From assembly GCA_964642305.1 (NCBI GenBank), contig CAZXOE010000001.1, forward strand, positions 58,917-122,916: DNA of 64,000 nt, written 5' to 3'. Position numbers and translations under genes: made by a program. This stretch comes from an uncultured Candidatus Saccharibacteria bacterium. Lineage in GTDB: Bacteria > Patescibacteriota > Minisyncoccia > Phycocordibacterales > UBA1550. Positions 18,340 through 26,500 of this stretch are shown piece by piece. Within the stretch, counting starts at the first letter, position 1, and every line of letters starts with the position of its first letter. Under the pieces are notes generated by a model, which saw only the letters and a list, made by a program, of their open reading frames with translations, had not been told where the DNA came from and did no database searches.

Positions 18340-19575
18340 ATGCTTTTTAAACACAACCTTAAAACAGCATATAGAGGATTAGAGCAAAACAAGGCTCGCT
18401 CTTTCCTTACTATTCTTGGAATAGTCATTGGGGTTACAGCAATCATTCTCGTGATGTCACTTGGGCAGGGCGCTCAAGATCTTATTCTTGATCAGGTAAA
18501 AGGAATGGGGACTCGTACCATTATAGTAGGCGCTGGGCGTGAACCGACAGGGCCGTCTGATGCGGGGCAGATATTTAATGATTCACTCAAAAAACGCGAC
18601 CTTGATCTTCTTGGACGCAGAGAGAATACACCGAGCTTAAAAGATGTTATGCCACTTGCTTTTGGAGTTGCGAGCGCCTCATACAAAAGCGATACATTCA
18701 GTCTCACCATTTATGGTACTTCTCCCATTATGGAGGATATTTTTACAATGTCACTTAAAGACGGTTCGTTCTTTACCGACGAGGATGTGCGCGCGCGAGC
18801 GAAATATGTCGTGATCGGAAACAAGGTAAAAAACGAACTTTTTGGCGCCGACGATGCAGTAGGAAATATAATCAAAATGAAAGGATATAATTTTCGTGTC
18901 ATTGGAGTCATCTCTGAAAGAGGACAAGACATGCTCGGCTTCGATGAAGCGGCAATTATTCCCTACACCACAGCGCAGGATTATGTGCTTGGCATCAAGC
19001 ACTTTCAGCGCATTATTGCCGAGGCGCGAAGTGAAGAGCTTCTCGACCAAGCCGCAGAGGAGATCAAGCTCACTTTGCGGGAAGCCCACGATATTACCGG
19101 CAATGAAAAAGATGATTTCTTTGTAATCACTCAGGTGCAGGTTGCAGAAAGCCTCTCAACCATTACAAACGTTCTTACTATATTTCTAGCTGCTGTTGCT
19201 GCAATATCACTCATAGTTGGAGGCATTGGCATCATGAATATAATGCTCGTATCAGTGACAGAAAGAACAAAAGAAATTGGCCTTCGCAAGGCTCTTGGCG
19301 CAACATATAAAAATATTCTTACACAATTTCTCTTAGAGGCAGTTATTCTCACAGGCGTTGGTGGAGTAATAGGAATTCTCCTAGGTGCATTCCTGTCCTG
19401 GTCAATAGCGACCAGTATCACAAACTTCACAAATATCGCATGGACGTTTACATTCCCTGTAACTGCTGCAATCCTTGGAATCGGCGTTTCCGCCGCCATA
19501 GGACTCATTTTTGGTCTTTATCCGGCCCGCACAGCCGCAAACAAGAGCCCGATCGACGCTTTACGTTACGAATAA
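18340..19575 (+). CDS. ABC transporter permease, MacB/FtsX family (periplasmic MacB_PCD + FtsX)
   Basis: N-terminal TM (ILGIVIGVTAIILVMSLG), periplasmic core domain, C-terminal FtsX helices (FLAAVAAISLIVGGIGIMNIMLVSVTERTKEIGLRKALGA). Confidence 0.85.
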   Translation: MLFKHNLKTAYRGLEQNKARSFLTILGIVIGVTAIILVMSLGQGAQDLILDQVKGMGTRTIIVGAGREPTGPSDAGQIFNDSLKKRDLDLLGRRENTPSLKDVMPLAFGVASASYKSDTFSLTIYGTSPIMEDIFTMSLKDGSFFTDEDVRARAKYVVIGNKVKNELFGADDAVGNIIKMKGYNFRVIGVISERGQDMLGFDEAAIIPYTTAQDYVLGIKHFQRIIAEARSEELLDQAAEEIKLTLREAHDITGNEKDDFFVITQVQVAESLSTITNVLTIFLAAVAAISLIVGGIGIMNIMLVSVTERTKEIGLRKALGATYKNILTQFLLEAVILTGVGGVIGILLGAFLSWSIATSITNFTNIAWTFTFPVTAAILGIGVSAAIGLIFGLYPARTAANKSPIDALRYE

Positions 19576-19616
19576 CCGACTTCTTGAGTCGTGCTCTTTA
19601 CCACATCAGCGTTCAA

Positions 19617-19675
19617 TATAAATCTCACCCAATAATAAGGTAGCGACCGCTACCTTATTATTGGGTGAGATTTAT
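19617..19675. repeat. family-1 long palindrome, copy a (ATAAATCTCACCCAATAATAAGGTAGCG acc CGCTACCTTATTATTGGGTGAGATTTAT)
   Basis: Perfect 28-bp arms. Second copy at 20319..20367. The two copies bracket the PaaX-like gene at 19720..20304. Confidence 0.8.
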
Positions 19676-19719
19676 AACTATGAAGTTTAAATAGGTAATA
19701 AGTATGATTGTGGGTTTTA

Positions 19720-20304
19720 CTACTTAAGCTCAAAATATTTCCTTACCCATTTGTCATTTTCTATAGAATCCGCGATTATGTACAAAATCTCCTTCCCTAT
19801 TTTATAGTCTGCCTTAATAAGCGTTATAATCTCCTCACAGTTATATGGGAATACCCACACGCTGTTTTGTAACTTAAGGAAGCCTATTTGCTGAAGTTTT
19901 TTTCTAAATTTCTCGCGAGTTCCTTTCCTTTTTTCGCGAATATCAAATATTATTATTCGCCATTTTCCATCCCACTTCCTAGGTTTAATAGACTTAAATT
20001 CATTTCGCTCAATAAGCCTGAGTGTTCGCTCGCCACCCTCGGTTAATCTCAAAAAAACACCTTTTTCTGTTTCCTTCCACGCAACCAGTCCTTTGTCGCG
20101 TAATCTCTTGATTGCATTATTTACTGCGTATCTTCTATTTTCACTATCTTTTTTATTTGGATCAATATGCCTCAATACAGAGAGAACGTTAGGCATTGCC
20201 AATGCGATGCTGATCACTCCTACAGTATACAGAGAAGTCAATACAGCCCTCTGAATTTTTGAGTTACGCATCCTCTTTTTCAGTTTTTCCTCAGCTGTAT
20301 GCAT
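19720..20304 (-). CDS. PaaX-family-like transcriptional regulator paralog (wHTH + Cas2-like C-terminal region)
   Basis: N-terminal hydrophobic stretch (VLTSLYTVGVISIALAM) then wHTH-like segment (AIKRLRDKGLVAWKETEKGVFLRLTEGGERTL). C-terminal WDGKWRIIIFDI...LQNSVWVFP resembles the PaaX C-terminus and the Cas2 core. Paralog at 35152..35703. Confidence 0.55.
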   Translation of the reverse strand: MHTAEEKLKKRMRNSKIQRAVLTSLYTVGVISIALAMPNVLSVLRHIDPNKKDSENRRYAVNNAIKRLRDKGLVAWKETEKGVFLRLTEGGERTLRLIERNEFKSIKPRKWDGKWRIIIFDIREKRKGTREKFRKKLQQIGFLKLQNSVWVFPYNCEEIITLIKADYKIGKEILYIIADSIENDKWVRKYFELK

Positions 20305-20318
20305 TCATAAATTCTATC

Positions 20319-20367
20319 ACACCTCCCAATAATAAGGTAGCGGTCGCTACCTTATTATTGGAGGGTG
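20319..20367. repeat. family-1 long palindrome, copy b (CACCTCCCAATAATAAGGTAGCG gtc GCTACCTTATTATTGGAGGGTG)
   Basis: Shares the core CCAATAATAAGGTAGCG..CGCTACCTTATTATTGG with copy a. Sits immediately upstream of the PaaX-like gene start. Confidence 0.8.
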
Positions 20368-20428
20368 AGTAAGTTGATAATTAAATACTTATTATAAATA
20401 ATAATAAATAATATTTTTCTAACCTAAA

Positions 20429-20974
20429 TTAGTTGGTGACTTCGCTCCACGCGGAACCGGTGATTTCACCGTCAGAGTTCAATGTAACGACAACCTGCAA
20501 TGTTCGCTTATTGGCATTCATTATTCCTTTTGATGTTATGGTCTTTGAGGTAGCGTCGCCAGTCACCTGCACCTTTGCGCAATCTTTAGACAGGGTGCAT
20601 CCATTCGTACTGAAATCAACTGAATAACAATCGGTAGTCGCGCAAAGATATGTTTTATTGCGAGCGATTTTAATAAGCGCGTCTCGAGCGCCGGACTCTG
20701 CGTAAAAATGCGCACGTGACGACTGCGCGCTTCCCTGTGAAATAAAAAGCTCGGTAAAAGAAAGCGTGGTGATGCTCACGGCAACCACTAGCGCCATCAC
20801 ACCAAGAAGCATGACTGTTGGGAGAGTTGCGACACCGCGGGAGCGCAAAGCACTACAACTGACCACTGACAGCAGACCACTGACAGCAGATTTTCGCTTC
20901 GCGAAAATCTGCTGGTTTGTTTGAGTAGTCGCGTAAGTTGTAAGTTGTAAGTTGTAAGTTGTCATTTGTTTCAT
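20429..20974 (-). CDS. pseudopilin-like protein (prepilin-type N-terminus lacking Glu5)
   Basis: ALRSRG|VATLPTVMLLGVMALVVAVSITT resembles a class-III signal with minor-pilin features. Start is ambiguous: ATG at 20974, or in-frame GTG/TTG giving leaders MVSCSALRSRG / MRSRG. The 5' end carries 4x GTAAGTT heptamers and the palindrome at 20884..20914. Confidence 0.55.
   Translation of the reverse strand: MKQMTTYNLQLTTYATTQTNQQIFAKRKSAVSGLLSVVSCSALRSRGVATLPTVMLLGVMALVVAVSITTLSFTELFISQGSAQSSRAHFYAESGARDALIKIARNKTYLCATTDCYSVDFSTNGCTLSKDCAKVQVTGDATSKTITSKGIMNANKRTLQVVVTLNSDGEITGSAWSEVTN
20884..20914 (-). promoter_or_regulatory. 31-nt hairpin CAGCAGATTTTCGC gaa GCGAAAATCTGCTG flanked by inverted ACAACT(G/T)AC heptamer arms, in the 5' region of the pseudopilin gene
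   Basis: Same palindrome occurs at 43253..43279 upstream of pilM, in the same orientation relative to the gene. Arms: 20851..20883 and 20933..20960 (4 perfect GTAAGTT units). Confidence 0.5.
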
Positions 20975-20976
20975 CT

Positions 20977-21555
20977 CTACCTAAGCGTTACTGTCGTGCG
21001 AAGCGAATCTTCGTATGTCCAATCGCTACTCTCTGCATTGTATCTCATTGTCATCAGTACCTGAACCGCTGTAGTAGTGGCAAGAAGCACTGAGTTGTAG
21101 TTTTCAATACGTGTAAACGTTGGCACATCCACTGTAACATAGCTTCCAGTAACAGCATCCGGCGCGCCGGCATTAACCTTTCGACGCAGAGTCCCGTCCA
21201 ACATATCGTAAAAAATAGTATCCCCTGACACAGTGAGCGACAGCGTGCTACCTGGAGCGCCAAGCGTGGGCGCAGAAATAGCTGTGGCATTCTTTACATC
21301 CTGCTTGATGAGCTCGCCTGCAAAGCGAATCGCGGAGTTTATCTCGCTCCGCGCTTCTGACTGCCCGCGTCCCTTTGAAAGCATTATAAACGCGTCAGAA
21401 ACAATCACCATAAGACCGGACAAGAGAGCAATGTAAATCAGAAGCTCCAGGAGAGAGATACCGCGAGTACGCGAACAACTTACAACTGACAACTTACAAC
21501 TTACAACTGACCCAAAAATACTATTCGATGCTTTTGTTAAATATTTTCTATTCAT
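20977..21555 (-). CDS. prepilin-type N-terminal cleavage/methylation domain protein (pseudopilin)
   Basis: RTRG|ISLLELLIYIALLSGLMVIV is a class-III signal peptide with Glu5. The track start at 21561 is a TTG; the ATG is at 21555 (MNRKYL...). An in-frame TTG gives the shorter leader MSVVSCSRTRG. Five GT(A/C)AGTT heptamers lie within the leader-coding region. Confidence 0.75.
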   Translation of the reverse strand: MNRKYLTKASNSIFGSVVSCKLSVVSCSRTRGISLLELLIYIALLSGLMVIVSDAFIMLSKGRGQSEARSEINSAIRFAGELIKQDVKNATAISAPTLGAPGSTLSLTVSGDTIFYDMLDGTLRRKVNAGAPDAVTGSYVTVDVPTFTRIENYNSVLLATTTAVQVLMTMRYNAESSDWTYEDSLRTTVTLR

Positions 21556-21632
21556 AGTCAATTATCACTCTTGTTCTTATTGTATCTTGTATTCTGTTAG
21601 TTGTCAGTTGTTTGTCGTTAGTTGTTCTCCCA

Positions 21633-22925
21633 CTACGGCGCCCAGTTTACCACCACATCCTCTACTGTTGGCGTATATGTTCCGGCGTCTGTACAGTTAT
21701 TTGAGCAAATGCGAATCTTGTAGCGGAAGTATCGTTTATTGTTCCATGCAGACCGGCATAGCTCAGCGTCTGTAGCTAATAATCCCACAAGCTCAACAGG
21801 GGTGCCAGGAGTAGGCGCATCAAACCAGTCTCCCGACGCGCATGTTGCGCCTCCAATATATGTCCATGGCCCCCCTGCACTATCAGAAGCAGAGAACTGA
21901 AAACCAACCTTCCCCTCATTTGAGCCAGGTCCACCGAGTGTTCCCTTCCACATTACCGAGTTGTACCCTGCCCCATCGGCGCTTCCTGTTGAGTCAAAAA
22001 CTGCTGAAGTAAGTATGCCGAAAGCAGGCATACCTCCACACGCTGGCGGTTTGTACCTGTGCGTCTCAGTCATTTTGATTCCAAGTCCATAGATCGTCAC
22101 ACCTGAAGGGTTGAAGTTGAGAGTGTATGAATATGTTCCAGCAGAGATTGGTGCGATTTTCCCGCTCGTGTCTTTATAGTCCAATTCAAACGGAGTCGGT
22201 GTGGCTCCGACATTGGGTAACGTAAATGTTTTTGATGTCCCTGCATCAGCATCAATCATAAATGTAATACTTCCGGTTCCCGTGTAAACGCCTGACGCAG
22301 TGAAATGAAGTGATTTCACTGGATTTGGAACACCGGTTAGATTGTCACCAATGTAGAGATTGAATAGGTATGACTGGTTTGTAGAGACTATCACGTTAGA
22401 ATTTGCCACAAGAGTTTCGGTGGTTTTTATTTTTTCATTTGATGGAGAGCCGTCTGCGCATGCCGGAGGTACATACCGATGCGACTCTGTCATCCTTACG
22501 CCCAATCCATAAATTGTTACCCCTGAAGGGTTGAAGTTGAGAGTGTATGAATATGTTCCAGCAGAGATTGGTGCGATTTTCCCGCTCGTGTCTTTATAGT
22601 CCAATTCAAACGGAGTCGGTGTGGCTCCGACATTGGGTAACGTAAATGTTTTTGATGTCCCTGCATCAGCATCAATCATAAATGTAATACTTCCGGTTCC
22701 CGTGTAAACGCCTGACGCAGTGAAATGAAGTGATTTCACTGGATTTGGAACACCGGTTAGATTGTCACCAATGTAGAGATTGAATAGGTATGACTGGTTT
22801 GTAGAGACTGCGGTATCGGAGCTACCAATAATACTTTCTGTGGTTTTAACCTGATCAGCGGCAAAAGCCGCGTAGCTAATGAGACCAAAACCAAGTATTG
22901 AAAAAAGTATATGAAAAATCTTCAT
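21633..22925 (-). CDS. secreted protein with two tandem 140-aa repeat domains
   Basis: Signal peptide MKIFHILFSILGFGLISYAAFA. Protein segments ...STNQSYLFNLYIGDNLTGVPNPVKSLHFTASGVYTGTGSITFMIDADAG... occur twice. DNA 22103..22389 is identical to 22523..22809. Confidence 0.7.
   Translation of the reverse strand: MKIFHILFSILGFGLISYAAFAADQVKTTESIIGSSDTAVSTNQSYLFNLYIGDNLTGVPNPVKSLHFTASGVYTGTGSITFMIDADAGTSKTFTLPNVGATPTPFELDYKDTSGKIAPISAGTYSYTLNFNPSGVTIYGLGVRMTESHRYVPPACADGSPSNEKIKTTETLVANSNVIVSTNQSYLFNLYIGDNLTGVPNPVKSLHFTASGVYTGTGSITFMIDADAGTSKTFTLPNVGATPTPFELDYKDTSGKIAPISAGTYSYTLNFNPSGVTIYGLGIKMTETHRYKPPACGGMPAFGILTSAVFDSTGSADGAGYNSVMWKGTLGGPGSNEGKVGFQFSASDSAGGPWTYIGGATCASGDWFDAPTPGTPVELVGLLATDAELCRSAWNNKRYFRYKIRICSNNCTDAGTYTPTVEDVVVNWAP
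22103..22809. repeat. intragenic tandem direct repeat, period 420 bp, 287 bp identical in both copies
   Basis: Lines beginning 22101 and 22521 are identical through ...ggtttgtagagact, and weaker similarity extends ~60 bp further 5'. Confidence 0.85.
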
Positions 22926-22934
22926 AAAATATGA

Positions 22935-23594
22935 TTAGCGGACGGGAACAGACACCGTTCCGTTTGAACTGGTAATCACGTACCCCCACCTCTTGCCGTC
23001 TTCATTGTAGGCAAAGCTAAGTCCGGAGATTGTTGATTTACTAAACTGGGGAAGATTCTGGATGGACCTGATGGCCTCTACGCCATCGTACCAATCGGAA
23101 GGCAACTCATAACCATACGATTGTATATCTACTGTTCCCTTCTCTACAACAGCTCCATTTGTAATATATACTGAGTATCCTTGATTCATCTCCTTTGACC
23201 CAAACACGACAACCCAACCACTTGATGTCCCGTCAACAGTAACTGTTCCAAGTGATTTTATATAAACAAGCTTCACGTCCTCAGACCAGGTTTTTGCAAT
23301 ATTCTCAGCAAATAAATATGCCTCCTTTGGGGTAGTCCCTCCCGCAATAACTACATGCTCCCTGCTAACGAGTTCAATTGGCTCACCGGTACTACCAGCG
23401 TATTTGCCATCTAGAGCCGAGGTCGAATCCATAATGTGAACAGTTGGAGTTTCGGTGATTATTCTCTCTCCACTAAAAACAGCTGTTCGTACTTTGTTGT
23501 AACCGCCATAATACACAACAGCACCGGCACAAATAGCGAGGAGAAGCGCGACAGCAAAAATAAAGACCTTTTTGTTTTGTAATATTTCTTTCAT
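22935..23594 (-). CDS. N-terminally membrane-anchored hypothetical protein
   Basis: TM helix VFIFAVALLLAICAGAVVYY followed by a ~190-aa soluble domain. Operonic: 1-nt gap to the giant gene and 9-nt gap to the downstream gene. Confidence 0.6.
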   Translation of the reverse strand: MKEILQNKKVFIFAVALLLAICAGAVVYYGGYNKVRTAVFSGERIITETPTVHIMDSTSALDGKYAGSTGEPIELVSREHVVIAGGTTPKEAYLFAENIAKTWSEDVKLVYIKSLGTVTVDGTSSGWVVVFGSKEMNQGYSVYITNGAVVEKGTVDIQSYGYELPSDWYDGVEAIRSIQNLPQFSKSTISGLSFAYNEDGKRWGYVITSSNGTVSVPVR

Positions 23595-23595
23595 A

Positions 23596-26500
23596 TTATG
23601 GTGTATAGGAATAGGTATTCAATATCTTCGATGACAAAACATACATACTCACACCGCTTGGAGTAACAACAATGTTATTACAAAGAGGCGGCGTACCAGG
23701 AACTACTGCTCCAGAACAAGGAGCTTCGTCGTTTAAATTTAAATTTGTCTCCGTACCAGGCGAAGGAATTTGATAGAGGAAACGATAAAACGTTGGGTTT
23801 GTCGCGCTCACATCATACGCGCGCGATAGAGCGCCGTTTGCTTTTACTGTGACCGTACCAACACCTCCTGAAACAACACCAAATACTTCAATGTATGCAT
23901 TTTGTATCGTTGGAGCGGTCTCGGGGATACTTACTGTGAAGTAGTATGTTGTCGCACCTGAAACAAGCCCTGTTGCTCCATTTATGTAAGACTTGGTTGT
24001 TTTTGCGGGCTTAGTGACAGCTTGAGTCAAAAAATTATATGTCGTGCTAATCGTTTCATTCCCCGCCGTGTCCATAGAACGCACACGATAATAATACGTA
24101 GTACCAGAACCTAGATTTGAAAGTGGCACACTATGGCTATTTACCATAGGCGAAGTATCAGTGAGAGCTGTACACTCGCTAGTCCCTGCACAGTTGTACC
24201 CACCACTAAATGCCTCTGTGGTGTTGTATTCAACTCGCGACGAACCGAGCTCGCTTGCGGTACTCCATGTGATTGTCGCACTGTTGCTTCCTGGGCTTCC
24301 TGACGACACGAGGGTTACAGCAGGCGGAGTTGTATCAATTTTGAAATCTGTTGCAGTTTCAGGGTTCACGTCATCAAACGAAATCCACGGACCATAGTAA
24401 TCAACTGCAGTCTTGTTAAATCTTATACGCGCTTGCCAATGGTACACATCATCTGACGGAGAGATCGCAATTGAACAATTATTTGCAGGATTGCTACAAT
24501 CTGTTGGGCCGGGAGCGGCGCCTGCGCTCAACCCTTCTACCGCAGACCCGCATGCCGTTTGAGCAACACAGGTAAAGGCTGTACCGATCGGCTTGTATTC
24601 AATTTGCGGATACATCGTTCCACCAGTGATACCAGTATTGGCTACCGTCATAGTGAGATAAATTGGAGTTGAGCTTGCAGAACCACCGATTGAAATAGCG
24701 TTCGTAAGCCCTGCATTTGTAAATTGATTTAGGTTCGTAGGCGCATTTGGAACATTAGAAATAACCACAAAATTTTTATCATTGGAGGTGAGTGCATTTG
24801 AAGTCACGAACACGTTACCCGTTGAAGCACCTACGGGGACAGCAGTGACGATTGCTGTTGCGGACCAGCTCGTAAAAACTGTCGCATCCACACCAGACAT
24901 AAATGTTACTTTGTTACTAGCGCTAAATGAAGCGGGGCAGCTCACGCCCTGACAGAAGTGGTTGCCGTTTACGGTCACTGGGTTACCTTCTGCTTCACTC
25001 GCAGGAGTAAACCCTGTAATACGCGGAAGAATCCTTAGAGTATTTATGTATGTATATGTTTTACTATTTGTGCCGGTCCCTTGTGTCATTGAAATACTCC
25101 CAGTATTCACAGAGTCTACAATAGTCGTTGGCACTTGAACTTCAATCGCAGTGTTTGTCCACGAGTTTACTGATCCAGTTTGCGCGACAATTGTTACCGA
25201 CCCAGATCCTTGAGAAGACCCAAAGCGTGTTCCGTTCAAAGTTATTACACCATCGGTATCTCCTGCATCGTACTCACGCGCTGTGTCTTGAGAAAAACCG
25301 ACCGGCTGTGTTACTGATGTGATCTGTGGATATATATAGAAGTTTTTTCCCGTAGAACCCGCTCCGGCTGCGGTAACAACCAGCGCACTCGCTCCACCAA
25401 AATTAACACCCCAATCAGTATCCGTATCCCCCGCTATCGCAGAGTCTGTTAAAAAAGTAATAGATGTTGGTGTCCATGCAGTAACATTTGCATCTGCTAT
25501 TTGATGTGTGCCGATTTTAATATTGTTCGTCGCAGTAGACCTGTTCCCCGCTGTCACTGTACCAAAACCAACACCAGTGATCGTAATGGACTGCCTAAAA
25601 CCTGCTCCATTGCCAATACGCGCGCCACACGTTGTGCAAGCGGCAGAATAATCAAGCGCTGGTTCTGTAGTGTTTGTATACGTAGTTACGCTTATAAGTA
25701 GTATTGGTGTAAATGTTCCTATAAGAACTCCCACATCATAATTCCCCCTTGTGTCTCTTTGGAAAACTTTGTATGTATATGCCTGACCGTTTGTAAGCGC
25801 TGTTGTCGTACACCCAACGCTTCCTCCAGTACCGTCAATCTTAGTTTCAGCTGTTGATACTGCGCTCGAGATCACGCAAGCAACTGTTGCTGTACCAATC
25901 GTGTTCCCTGCGACATATGCGCTATTCCCCTCTACTGGAACCTCTGCACCTGCAGATGCGCTTGTCCACCTAAGGACTACCGAGCCATTCGTCGTATCAA
26001 AATCAGCGCTACTTGAAGTGGTCCAATTTAAAGTATTTGCGGTGTCTTCCGGAGAACCACTGACTGAAGTTCCTCCATTAGGGGACAGGTTGTCTACGGT
26101 TACTGTGGCACTACTTGAATCAGTGCCTCCCTGTGTATTCGTGCTTGTAAAAGCAGTAACTGTTCCTGTAGTTGCATACTGAGCGCCAGGCGGAACCGCC
26201 ATATTTGCGTGAGTCTTTGGCGTAATACGCACCTTGTATGTAGTCACGCCTGTTGTAACAGGAATCCCGCCATTTGAAGTACAGGTGTTAAAAACTATTG
26301 TATTGCTTGCAGGATTTGTTACCGCAGTACACCGAGCAAGGTTTGCGTTGTCGGTGATATCAACCTGCGCAATGTTGTTGAAAGCTCCAGCAGGCCCGAG
26401 CGTAACGGTAACAGCCGTGACTGTATCTGTGCCTTCTGTTGTTGTGAGAGTAAATGCGTCTAAATCAGTAATTGGACCACTTGGTGCAATTATCGTATTA

